This document shows positions 50,591-60,139 of a DNA stretch of 64,000 nucleotides, in pieces (position 1 is the first letter of the stretch; each line of letters begins with the position of its first letter). The translations under genes were made by a program, and so were the position numbers. The notes beneath the pieces were generated by a model. That model worked only from the letters and a program-made list of their open reading frames with translations. It searched no databases and was not told where the DNA came from. The stretch comes from Nannocystis bainbridge. GTDB taxonomy: Bacteria; Myxococcota_A; Polyangia; Nannocystales; Nannocystaceae. Location: the NCBI RefSeq assembly GCF_028368995.1, contig NZ_JAQNDL010000001.1:1600001-1664000 (forward strand), written 5' to 3'.

Positions 50591-52084
50591 TCAGTCGATC
50601 TCGACGCCGAGGTTGGTCTCGAGGAAGACGGACAGCGCGGCGCGGTCGGCCTCCGACAGCGACGAGAAGGTGGCGACGTGGTTGCCGTCGGTGACGTCGA
50701 AGCGCACGTTGCCGCTGGTCGCCTCCGGGGTGACCGCGCCGGCCGCCCACGGGTCCTGCTCGGAGTAGACGAAGGCGACGCCCTCGCCGAGGCGGGCGAA
50801 CTCCGCCAGCGCGCTGTTCTCGGCGGCGTCGAACGTCGGCACGGCCACGCCCTCGGGCACCAGCCCGCGCTCCATGTCGACGAGGTCGGCGGGGATGAGG
50901 CCCTCGGCGACCAGCGCCTCGCGCGGCAGGGCCGGCCAGCCGCTGCTCTGCTGCGCCTCGTAGAAGTAGGCGCCGAAGAACGCCAGGTAGGCGTCGGACA
51001 TCGGGTAGGCGCCGAAGATGCTGGTGACGCCGTAGAACGCCGAGCTCAGCTCCTCCGCGGTCGCGGTCGCCGGGTCGGGCAGCTCGGCGCAGTCGTCAGG
51101 GGTGCCGTAGTACTGCCAGAACAGCCACGGGTACGACAGCGCGGCGGCCTCGAAGGCCCGCGCCGGCTCGACGCGCGTGAAGGTGTCGCCCAACTCGTCC
51201 GCGGCCGAGGCCAGCACGACGGGCTCGACGGCCGCGCGCTGGCTGCCGAGCGCGGCCCGCTGGATGGCCTCGAGGCGGTCCTGGCACGCGGCGTCGACGG
51301 TGTCGAAGAACGCCAGGAAGCGGGCGTCCTCGGGCCCCTTGAACGGCGCGCCGAAAGCGACGGTGACCGCGACGTCGTCGGGGTAGTGCCGGCGGAAGCT
51401 GACCATGTCGACGCCGCCGTTGCTGAAGCCCGAGCCGAGCCACGGGCCGGTGTAGTGGTCGCGCAGGCGGACCACCACGTCGTGGGCGTCGTCCGCGACC
51501 TGCTTGCGCGTGAAGTGAGCGTAGTCGTCGCCGTTGCCGTTGTGGAACCGCTTGTCGAGGACCAACTGGTTGCCCTTCACGAGCGTGGTCAGCTCGTCCT
51601 CGGCGAACCCGAGGTAGTTGCTGTAGCCCGTGGAGATCAGGTTCATCGGCAGGCCGAAGCCGCGATGGATGAGCGTGAGGTGCTGCTCGTGGGTGCCCGC
51701 GTTCGGGTCCTGGTGATCGTTCTGCTGCAGGAGCGTGAGGTCGTAGAGCTCGGCGCCGTCGTCGCTGGTGCCGGCCGGGCTGACGATGAAGCCGGCCGCC
51801 TCGAGCGCCGCGGTCACGCTGACGCACGCCTGCGCCTCGCCCTCGCCGTCGACGCAGACGTCGCAGACGGGGTTGTCGACGCCGGTGCCCGGCTCCGCCG
51901 CGCCGCCGCCGTCGCAGTCCGGATCGGGCACGCCGCAGCCGCAGTCGCAGGCGTCGCCGTCGTCGTAGCGCGCGGCGTCGCAGGTCCACTCCGCCGGCGG
52001 CGTCACGGGGGTCCCGCCCGGGCCGTCGCAGCCGTGGGCGAAAGAGAGGAGGAACAGCGGTGCCAACAATGCGATCGATCTCAT
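50591..52084 (-). CDS. S28/S37-family serine aminopeptidase lipoprotein
   Basis: FAHGC lipobox; CDCGCGVPDPDC module; QNDHQDP, GFSNGG nucleophile elbow, DPW, GNH. Confidence 0.82.
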   Translation of the reverse strand: MRSIALLAPLFLLSFAHGCDGPGGTPVTPPAEWTCDAARYDDGDACDCGCGVPDPDCDGGGAAEPGTGVDNPVCDVCVDGEGEAQACVSVTAALEAAGFIVSPAGTSDDGAELYDLTLLQQNDHQDPNAGTHEQHLTLIHRGFGLPMNLISTGYSNYLGFAEDELTTLVKGNQLVLDKRFHNGNGDDYAHFTRKQVADDAHDVVVRLRDHYTGPWLGSGFSNGGVDMVSFRRHYPDDVAVTVAFGAPFKGPEDARFLAFFDTVDAACQDRLEAIQRAALGSQRAAVEPVVLASAADELGDTFTRVEPARAFEAAALSYPWLFWQYYGTPDDCAELPDPATATAEELSSAFYGVTSIFGAYPMSDAYLAFFGAYFYEAQQSSGWPALPREALVAEGLIPADLVDMERGLVPEGVAVPTFDAAENSALAEFARLGEGVAFVYSEQDPWAAGAVTPEATSGNVRFDVTDGNHVATFSSLSEADRAALSVFLETNLGVEID

Positions 52085-52414
52085 GGGAAAGCGTCCTGAA
52101 GGCGTGAACCGTACTCAAGACCCTCCCCTGTGCCAGTCGCATCCACGCCAGCGGGGCTGGCAAATCTGCGAGCGCTCGCCGCAGCGCGCCGCCCTCCCCG
52201 CCCGGCTGTGAGGGCCGCAGCGCCCGCGGGGCCGATCAAGGCCCGGTCGCGCGTCGGCGCCGCGCCCCTCGAATCCGCGCCCAGGCGATCGCTCGTGGAC
52301 GGACTTCGAACTGCGCGCGAAACATGACTGCCAATATCGTGAGCGGCTGCGCGCGCCCGGGGTCGTCGCACCGTCGACCTGGCCCCGAGGCCAGGTCGGC
52401 GACGCCCGCCGCGC

Positions 52415-53041
52415 TCACTGCTGGTTCTTGAACCGCGCGCCGGCGAACCACGCCTCGATCGCGCTCGCCTCGGCGTCGAACACGGCGGGCAGGCCCTCGG
52501 CGCTGACGACGAACACGTGGTTGCCGGCGGTCTGGACCAGCTCACGCTTGCGGATCTCGCCCATGCTGGCGTGCACGGCCGAGATCCGCAGCTCGTGACC
52601 GGGGCCGCCGGCGCGGGTGGTCGGCTTCGACTCGACGACCTCGAACTTCTGGAACAGCTGCTGGTAGGTGGCCGGGAACACGTCGGTCGCCAGCTGCTCG
52701 GCGCTGCGGACCTGGTCGGGCGGGACCACGTAATCCTTGGCCAGCAGGAAGAAGAACCGGGTCCGGTCGGTGTAGCGGCACTTGATCAGCGTCGCCTCCT
52801 GCCCCGGCTCGGTCGCGGTCTGCTCGACGCACTCCCAGCCGTCGCCGGCCGGCCGCGGCGCGGCGACCAGGCCGTCCTTGCTGGCGAACAGCGCGGGATC
52901 GGCCGCGGCGGCCGGACCCGTCGGGGCGGCCGGCGCCGGCTTGGCTGTCTCTACGGGCATGGCCGAAGGGCCAGGTTGTCCGCCGTCGCACGCAACGGCC
53001 AGGAGGACGGGGAGGAGGGCGTGTGCGCGGAGAGGCCTCAT
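52415..53041 (-). CDS. Lipoprotein, hypothetical
   Basis: VLLAVAC lipobox; Pro/Ala linker. Confidence 0.78.
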   Translation of the reverse strand: MRPLRAHALLPVLLAVACDGGQPGPSAMPVETAKPAPAAPTGPAAAADPALFASKDGLVAAPRPAGDGWECVEQTATEPGQEATLIKCRYTDRTRFFFLLAKDYVVPPDQVRSAEQLATDVFPATYQQLFQKFEVVESKPTTRAGGPGHELRISAVHASMGEIRKRELVQTAGNHVFVVSAEGLPAVFDAEASAIEAWFAGARFKNQQ

Positions 53042-53349
53042 GAACCAGCGATACTGAACCGCACGGCCGCAGCGGGTCAAGCGGTGGCGCGTGCGCCTCC
53101 GGCTCAGGCCGCTCGCAATGCGTCTGCCTGGCCCCGCGTCGGCGCGACGCTGTTCGTCGACGAGGCGCGGCGTATTCGGAGATCCCCGCGAAGGTCGTGG
53201 CGCCCGCTCGTGGCGCTCGCCGACGACCGCTGCGGACTCCGAGGCGCTTGCACGCGCCACGCCGGCGGCGATGCCGTCGCTCGAAACTGGCAGCCCCGCT
53301 CGTGGCATCGGGTCCGGGCGCCGCGGGTAGCGAGCGCCGTGACGGTCGT

Positions 53350-54018
53350 TCACGCGTCGTCGGCGAGCGGTCCGTCGGGCGTCCAGCCCTGCTGCGCGCG
53401 GACCTCGGCGGCCCACGCCTCGAGGTCCGCGAGCGAGACGGTGACGGGAGTCGCGTTCGCCCGCGCGGCGAGGTGGGCCGCGATGGCGGCGCGCAGGCGC
53501 TCCTTGCCGCGCGCGAGCTGGCTGCGCAGCGTCGGCTCGGCGACGGCGAGCAGCAGCGCCGACTCGCGGCTCGTCAGGCCGCTGAAGTACCGCAGCTCGA
53601 GCACCACCTGGTCGTGGAGCGGGAGCTGGCGCAGGGCGTCGACGAGGGCCTGGGCCTGGCGTCGACTCATGATGATGGAGCTCGGCGAGGCCGGGGACAG
53701 GTCGTCGACGCACACCCCGGAGAAATCGAGGTGCTCCCGCGCGCGCTTGTATCGCTTGCGGATGTAGCCGTGGAGCACGTTGTGGGCGACCGCGTAGAGG
53801 TAGCGACGGAAGCTGGTCTCGCCGCGGAACCCCGGCAGCGACTCGAGCGCGCCGAGGAAGGTCTGATGCACGAGGTCGGCCGCGTCGTCGCCGCTGGCGA
53901 CCTTGTTGCAGAAGAACCGCGACATCTCGCGGTAGTGCCGGGAGATCAACGCATCGCCGGCCCCCGGCTGCCGGTCCCGCCAGGCCGCCGCGAGCTCCCA
54001 GTCACTCGGCTCGGACAT
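53350..54018 (-). CDS. ECF RNA polymerase sigma factor
   Basis: DAADLVHQTFL, FRRYLYAVAHN, LRQLPLHDQVVLELRYFSGL...TLRSQLARGK. Confidence 0.92.
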   Translation of the reverse strand: MSEPSDWELAAAWRDRQPGAGDALISRHYREMSRFFCNKVASGDDAADLVHQTFLGALESLPGFRGETSFRRYLYAVAHNVLHGYIRKRYKRAREHLDFSGVCVDDLSPASPSSIIMSRRQAQALVDALRQLPLHDQVVLELRYFSGLTSRESALLLAVAEPTLRSQLARGKERLRAAIAAHLAARANATPVTVSLADLEAWAAEVRAQQGWTPDGPLADDA

Positions 54019-54366
54019 CGGCGCGAGTATACCTCGCACGCGCCGGCCGCACGAGGCCGTGCCCGAGCCGGCCGCGCCAGGCGAACGCCGCGAGCGTCCG
54101 CCCCACGTCGTCGCCCTGCGCGCGCGTCGAGGGCGTGAGCGCGATCCAGGAGGCGCTCGGGGCTGGCGATCGGGCACATCGCCGGCCGACCGAGCTCGGC
54201 GGTTGCCGCGAGTGCCCATTGCAAGAGGTGCTTCGCGCCCGCGCGCACGTGATCGAAGCGCGCCCGCTGGCGGCGGACCTGCGAATCGTTCGCGTCGACC
54301 GCGGTGGCGAGTGCCGCGGCGGTGGCACGTGCGACGAGGATCCGGAGGGTCCGCTCGCCGCGTCGT

Positions 54367-55116
54367 TCACACCTCGCTGAGCGCGTACTGAACGTACTCG
54401 GTGCACGCCTCGACCGCATCGCCCGCGGTCGCGTCCTTCAGGCACGCGGTCTTGGCCTCCACCGAGTCGGCCGCGAGGCAATCGGTGAAGAAGCTGGCCG
54501 GCTTCAGCGCGCGATGCTCGACCGCCCCGACATAGCCCCCGAAGTCGAGGAAGCCCTCGGCGTAATGAAACACGGTCCCGTCGCCGAGCACATAGAAGTG
54601 GAGGGTGTCCGACCAGTAGCCCGGGAACTCGGTGTTATAGAGCTCGACCCGCAGCGAGCCGGGCACTTTCGCGGCCAGCGCCTCGAGCACGCAGTCGAGC
54701 GCGGCGTCGTCGCTGGCCGATGTGCACGGCTCCTGGCTCTGGTAATCGTCCGGACCGCCGCACGAGAGGGTGACGCTCGGGCACAGGCTCTCGCCGCCGC
54801 AGCTCACCTCGACCTCGGGCGGCGTCGGCCTGACGCCGGGGATGAGCTCGAAGCAGCAGCAGGCGTCGACGCGGCCGTGGTCCGCACAATCGCCGTCGGT
54901 CTCGGCGGCGGTGCTCGCGTCGGTGCCCGGATCGGTGGGGGCGTTCACGGTGGACGACCCTGAATCGGTGGCGCTCTCCGTCGTGGTGGTGGCGTCGTCG
55001 GTCGCGCTCCCGGCCGTCGTGTCGTTCTTCGAATCGCAGGCGACGAGGCACAGCAGCGCGCCGAGCAGAGCAGCACGGGGCGCGGACGAAGAGGCAAAAA
55101 TCGAGGTCTTATGCAT
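54367..55116 (-). CDS. Cys-rich lipoprotein (paralog of 12847-13530)
   Basis: LLCLVAC lipobox; CGGESLCP...DCVLEALAAKVPG...LKPASFFTDC. Confidence 0.8.
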   Translation of the reverse strand: MHKTSIFASSSAPRAALLGALLCLVACDSKNDTTAGSATDDATTTTESATDSGSSTVNAPTDPGTDASTAAETDGDCADHGRVDACCCFELIPGVRPTPPEVEVSCGGESLCPSVTLSCGGPDDYQSQEPCTSASDDAALDCVLEALAAKVPGSLRVELYNTEFPGYWSDTLHFYVLGDGTVFHYAEGFLDFGGYVGAVEHRALKPASFFTDCLAADSVEAKTACLKDATAGDAVEACTEYVQYALSEV

Positions 55117-55309
55117 GGTCGGCTCCAATGAAAGTAGTTCGGCGGCGCGAGAGCTCGTGGGCCGAGCCTCGTCGCTGCGGATCGACGAGTGTCGACCTCC
55201 CGGGCTTTGATCGGAGCGCGACGAAAACTTTTTTCGCGCCGCGTCGCGCGGCGAGCGCGCCGTTGTCGCCGCACACCCACGGCGATACCCTGCGGTCCGA
55301 TCTGGCGAC

Positions 55310-58300
55310 GTGGGCACCGAACGGCCGAATCTGCTTGAGCGCATCGACCAGGGCCGCGTCAAGTTCGAGCTCCTGGGCACTCCCCAGTCGCTGGCGCGGC
55401 TCGACCGCTTCGTCGTGTTCGCCCGGCTCGGCGCCGGGGGGATGGGCGTCATCTATCACGCCTACGATCCACGGCTCGATCGCGGCGTCGCCATCAAGCT
55501 GCTCCGGCCGGCCGTCACGGCCCACGGCCGCCACCGCCGGCTGTTGCGCGAGGCCCGGGCGATGGCGCGGCTGGCTCATCCCAACGTCGTCCAGGTGTTC
55601 GAGGTCGGCGAGCTCGAGGAGCACATCTACCTGGTCATGGAGTACGTCGCCGGCCAGACGCTGCGGGCCTGGCTCGCCGAGTCGCCGCGCACCTGGCGAG
55701 AGGTGGTCTCGGTGTTCCTCCAGGCCGCCGACGGCCTCGCCGCGACCCACGCCCACGGGCTGGTGCACTGCGACTTCAAGCCCGAGAACGTGCTGATCGG
55801 CGCCGATGGGCGCGCGCGCGTCGGCGACTTCGGGCTCGTGCAGGCCGAGGCCGACGCGCCCGACGAGGCGGTCGTCGCCCGCGTGCGGGTCCGCGAGCGC
55901 CCGCCGGAGACCACGTCGACGAGCACCAGCCTGGGCGGAGGCACGCCGCGGTACATGGCGCCGGAGCAGCACGAGGGGCGCGCGGCGGATGCTCGCAGCG
56001 ACCAGTACGGCTTCTGCGCCGCGTTGCTCGAGGCGCTCGCGCCGGCGCGGTTCGAATCGTTCGTGCGCGAGGCGCCGCTCGGCCTGCGCGCGCTGCGAGG
56101 CGAATCGCCGGCGCCCTTGACGGTCGCGGGCGCACCGCCGGAGCTCGGCCGCGTCCTCGCCCGCGGCCTCGAGCCCGACCCCGAGCGCCGGTGGCCGTCG
56201 ATGTCCGCGCTGCGCGAGGCGCTCGCCAGGCTCGCCGAGCCGCGGTCGCGCGGCCTCGGCTGGCGGTGGGCCCTGGCCATCGGCGTGGCGGTCGGGCTGC
56301 TCGCGGGCGCCGGCTATGGCTTCGCGGTCACCGACGCGGCCCCCTGCGACGGCGGAGCCGCCGAGCTCGCCGCGGTGTGGGGCGAGCCGCAGCGCCAGCA
56401 GCTCCGGGCCGCGGTCACGGCGACGGGCCTCGGGTTCGCGGCCGAGACCGGCGCGCGGATCGAGGCCCACCTCGACGCCCACGCGCAAGCCTGGTCTCAG
56501 GCCCATCGAGCCGCCTGCGAGGCGCACCGCGACGGGCACAGTTCGGCCGCCCTGCTCGACCGGACCATGCTGTGCCTCGCCGCCGACCGGGTCGCGCTCG
56601 CCGGCCTGGTGCAGCGCCTCGTCGCGGCCGACGCCGCCGATCTCGAGCGGGCGATGGGGGCGACGCTGGCGCTGCCGGAGCTCGCCCGCTGCCGCGACGC
56701 CCAGGCCCTGCTGGCCGAGGTCGCCCCGCCGACCGACGCCGCGACGACCCTGGCCGTGCAGGCCGTGCGGTCCCAGCTGGGCACCGTCCGCGCCGAGTGG
56801 TCGCTCGGGCACCTCGACGACGCCGCGCGCCACGCCGCCGAGGCGTTCGCGCGGGCCCTGGCCACCGGTCACGCGCCGCTGATCGTCCAGGCTCTCTATC
56901 ACCTCGGCAAGCTCCACCACTCCCGCGACGCGCGGGCCGAGGCCGAGGCCACGTTGACCCGAGCCGCGTGGATGGCCGCGGAGATCGGCGACGACGAGCA
57001 GCTCGGCCTCGTCGCCGCGGCGCTGGCCCACGTGGTCGCGCTGCCCGGCGACCGTGGGCCCGAAGCCCGCACGTGGGTGCAACTGGCGCGCGCGATGACC
57101 CACCGGACGGCCCCGCGCGGCCGCTCGTACTTCGAGGCGCTGTTCGCCTCCGGCCAGGTCGAGCACCGCGCCGGGCGCTTCGCCGCGGCCGAGGAGTGGT
57201 TCGTGCAGGCCCTCGCCCACGCCGAGCAGCACCTCGGGTCGCGCAGCCACTCGACGCTGCTCGCGCGCGGGATGGTCGCGCTGGTGCAGGGCGAGCGCGG
57301 CGAGTACGACGCCGCGCTGGCGCAGTTCGAACGGCTCGCCGAGGTCCAGGCGGAGGTGTTCGGCCCGTCGCATCCGGCGGTCGCCACCCATCACAACAAC
57401 CGGGCCGCGCTCCTCCGCCAGTCCGGCCGCGAGGACGAGGCCCTGGCCGAGTTCTCGCAAGCGCTGGCGATCTGGCGCGCCGCTTATGGGCCGGACCACC
57501 CCGACGTCGGCATGGCCCACGGCAACATCGCCTCGGCGTTGCTCACCCGCGGCCTGCCGGGCGACTTCGAGCTGGCCGAGCCGCATCTGCGTCGGGCCAT
57601 CGCCACCCGCGAGCGGAGCCTCGGCCCCGACGACCCCGATCTGGCGGTCGAGCTCAGCAACCTCGGGAGCCTGCACCTGTTCCGCCTCGAGCTCGACGAG
57701 GCGGAGCGGCAGCTCGTCCGCGCCCTCGAGATCTGCGAGCGGACCGCGGGCGCCGAGCATCCGCGGGTCGTGCTGCCGCTCCTGGTGCTCGCCGAGGCGG
57801 CCGGGCTGCGCGGCGACCTGGCGGCGCAGCGGCGGCATTACGAGCGCGCCCTGAAGATCCAGGAGGCGTCGCTCGGACCGGAGCACCCCGACCTCGCCTG
57901 GACCCTGCGTGGGCTCGCCGAGGTGGCTCTCCGCGAGGGCGCGCTCGACCTTGCCGAGGGCCTCCTCGCCCGCGCCGAGGCCCTCGACGCCAGGGCCGGC
58001 GCGGACGAAGAGCGAGCGCTCGCGGCCCTGGGCCTGCGGGGACGACTCGCGCTCCGCCGCGGCGACGTCGCGACCGCGTGCGACCTGCTGGCTCGCTCGC
58101 TCCCCGGCAGCGCACGCACCTTCGATCCGGCCCGCGCCGAGCTCTCGAGCGAGCTCGCGCGCTGCCTGGTGGCCGCGGGGCGAGCCGACGAGGCGCGCCC
58201 GCTGGCCGAGCAGGCCGCCGCGTTCTACCGCCGGGGCGGCCCGGCGCTGGCGTGGCGGGTCGACGCCCTCGCGGCGCTGGCGAGCGGTCCAGGGCCCCGT

Positions 58301-58333
58301 GGGCAGCCTCGGGCCGATGTCCGAGCCCAGTGA
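55310..58333 (+). CDS. Ser/Thr protein kinase with TM segment and TPR repeats
   Basis: LGAGGMG, VAIKLL, HCDFKPEN, DFGL, GTPRYMAPE; repeats of GPxHPxxA. Confidence 0.93.
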   Translation: MGTERPNLLERIDQGRVKFELLGTPQSLARLDRFVVFARLGAGGMGVIYHAYDPRLDRGVAIKLLRPAVTAHGRHRRLLREARAMARLAHPNVVQVFEVGELEEHIYLVMEYVAGQTLRAWLAESPRTWREVVSVFLQAADGLAATHAHGLVHCDFKPENVLIGADGRARVGDFGLVQAEADAPDEAVVARVRVRERPPETTSTSTSLGGGTPRYMAPEQHEGRAADARSDQYGFCAALLEALAPARFESFVREAPLGLRALRGESPAPLTVAGAPPELGRVLARGLEPDPERRWPSMSALREALARLAEPRSRGLGWRWALAIGVAVGLLAGAGYGFAVTDAAPCDGGAAELAAVWGEPQRQQLRAAVTATGLGFAAETGARIEAHLDAHAQAWSQAHRAACEAHRDGHSSAALLDRTMLCLAADRVALAGLVQRLVAADAADLERAMGATLALPELARCRDAQALLAEVAPPTDAATTLAVQAVRSQLGTVRAEWSLGHLDDAARHAAEAFARALATGHAPLIVQALYHLGKLHHSRDARAEAEATLTRAAWMAAEIGDDEQLGLVAAALAHVVALPGDRGPEARTWVQLARAMTHRTAPRGRSYFEALFASGQVEHRAGRFAAAEEWFVQALAHAEQHLGSRSHSTLLARGMVALVQGERGEYDAALAQFERLAEVQAEVFGPSHPAVATHHNNRAALLRQSGREDEALAEFSQALAIWRAAYGPDHPDVGMAHGNIASALLTRGLPGDFELAEPHLRRAIATRERSLGPDDPDLAVELSNLGSLHLFRLELDEAERQLVRALEICERTAGAEHPRVVLPLLVLAEAAGLRGDLAAQRRHYERALKIQEASLGPEHPDLAWTLRGLAEVALREGALDLAEGLLARAEALDARAGADEERALAALGLRGRLALRRGDVATACDLLARSLPGSARTFDPARAELSSELARCLVAAGRADEARPLAEQAAAFYRRGGPALAWRVDALAALASGPGPRGQPRADVRAQ

Positions 58334-58727
58334 CTGCAGCCCGCGCAGGCCCCGGCGCGCCACGTAGCCGGCCCGCGGGCCCGCCGACCCCGACGCACGC
58401 GCGCCTCCGCCGATACCCGCGCGGTCGCCACGATCGCCGAAGCGCTGCCGCCGGCTGCCGCGCCCCAGCCTTCGGCCCACGTCCCCGCGGCGGCATTGTC
58501 CGCGCCTTCGCCCTCGGGGCGTCCGGGATGCGCCCGGCTAGGCCGGCCGAACCAGAACGCCTGCCGGCGGCGGACCCGTGATCGCAGCCACCGAAGCTCG
58601 CGGCGCAGCTTGAAGGGGAGCGGCTCGGAGTCATGCTCCGGACGCGACAGCGCCCGTCTCGGATGCGTGCGGTGGCCCTGTTCCATGCCGCCGCGTCGCC
58701 ACTCCCGGAGCAGACAGGAGCGCCACG

Positions 58728-60011
58728 ATGCGAGACGAGAGTGAACGTGAGGACCACGGAAAGCTGTTCGTGACGAGCAGGTGTTGCGGCGCGGCGACGT
58801 GTCGCAACTTTGCGCCCGAACTCCTGGGCGAGGTGGCGACGGCGGGCGCCGTCCGTGACGGGCATCGGCTCGCTGTGTTGCCCGGGTCCTACGAGGATGG
58901 TGCCTTCACGGGGGTGCTGCGACAGCCGCACAGCGAGGAGGACCTGATCGCCGCGCGCACCGCAGTCGCGGCCTGCCCGGTCGGCGCCATCAAGCTCCTG
59001 CGTGGTGCCTCGCGGGTGCGCCGCGGCGCGTTGGGATCGCCCTGGCGCGGGTATCCCCGCCCCATCGAGGACAACGTGTGGATCGTCGGGCCTCCGTCCA
59101 TGAAGAACATCGGCGCCACGACTTACTTCATCGAGCGCGACGGCGGCGGCGTGTTGATCGACCCGCCACGACCGAGCGAGGCGCTGTTCCGCTGGCTCGC
59201 GGACCACGGCGGCGTCCGGTGGCTGTTCCTGACGCACCGCGACCACGCCCACCACCACGCCGAGATCGCCGCCCGCTTCCCCGATTGCCGCCGGCTCATC
59301 GGCGCAGCCGACGTGAACCTCCGCGAGAACAGCTTCCTCGCGACGACCGGCGACGTCGAGATCAAGCTCGGCAGCGAGCTTCGTCCGTGCACCCTCGAAG
59401 GACAGCCGCTCTCGGAAGCAGAGGCCCGACAGGCCGAACTCGTGGTGCTGCCTCAACCGGGACACACCGCAGGATCGATCTGCCTGCTGTACCGCGGTCG
59501 CTTCCTGTTCACCGGCGACCACCTCGCCTGGTCGCGCGTCCTCGGCCACATCGTGGCGTTCCGGGTGCAGTGCTGGGAGGACTGGGAGCGCCAGACCCAC
59601 TCCGTCCGTTATCTCGCCGCGGCCGCGGAGGCGGGCTGGCTGCGATTCACGTGGATCCTCCCCGGCCACGGAGAGTGGCAGCGTCTCCCGAGCGACGGCA
59701 GCGCGGCCGAGACAGCCGCGGCGCTGCGCCGCACGGTCGAGTGGATGGAGCGGCAGCCGAAGGGCCACATGCGGGCGATCCACTGGACCCCGTTCATCAT
59801 GGCCCGGTTGAAGCCGAAGAGCGCGCTGGGCCGCCTGGTGCGCGCCATCGGCCGCGGGAGCGACCTCTGGGTGTTGCCGCGTGACGTGTGGAGCTCGTTG
59901 CCCGCGCACGATCGTCGCCGCCTCGAAGCGGCGGTTCGCCGGCTTCGCGTGCTCGGGACCGTCGTGCTAGCAATCGCGGCGTTGATCGTGTGGTTCGTGG
60001 GTCGCAGATGA
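58728..60011 (+). CDS. Ferredoxin-fused MBL-fold metallo-hydrolase with C-terminal TM helix
   Basis: CCGAATCRNFAP...ACPVGAI; FLTHRDH, PGHTAGS, FTGDH, LPGHG. Confidence 0.85.
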   Translation: MRDESEREDHGKLFVTSRCCGAATCRNFAPELLGEVATAGAVRDGHRLAVLPGSYEDGAFTGVLRQPHSEEDLIAARTAVAACPVGAIKLLRGASRVRRGALGSPWRGYPRPIEDNVWIVGPPSMKNIGATTYFIERDGGGVLIDPPRPSEALFRWLADHGGVRWLFLTHRDHAHHHAEIAARFPDCRRLIGAADVNLRENSFLATTGDVEIKLGSELRPCTLEGQPLSEAEARQAELVVLPQPGHTAGSICLLYRGRFLFTGDHLAWSRVLGHIVAFRVQCWEDWERQTHSVRYLAAAAEAGWLRFTWILPGHGEWQRLPSDGSAAETAAALRRTVEWMERQPKGHMRAIHWTPFIMARLKPKSALGRLVRAIGRGSDLWVLPRDVWSSLPAHDRRRLEAAVRRLRVLGTVVLAIAALIVWFVGRR

Positions 60012-60080
60012 TTCGTGACCCACGACCCACGCGACTCAGAGCCACCTGCAATTCGGCCCGGCGAGCGACAGGCCGGCCGC

Positions 60081-60109
60081 CGACATGACCTGTCTTGAAG
60101 GTCAGGTCG
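60081..60109. repeat. Degenerate phased palindrome between convergent genes
   Basis: gacatgacctgtct-tgaa-ggtcaggtc; cores at 60089, 60103. Confidence 0.55.
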
Positions 60110-60139
60110 GCGACCTCGCCGACGCGGCAGTCGCCGCGC

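Noticed and set aside
58728-60011. Metallo-beta-lactamase resistance gene
   Set aside because: No signal peptide, no canonical HxHxDH motif, and a ferredoxin fusion; fold membership only.
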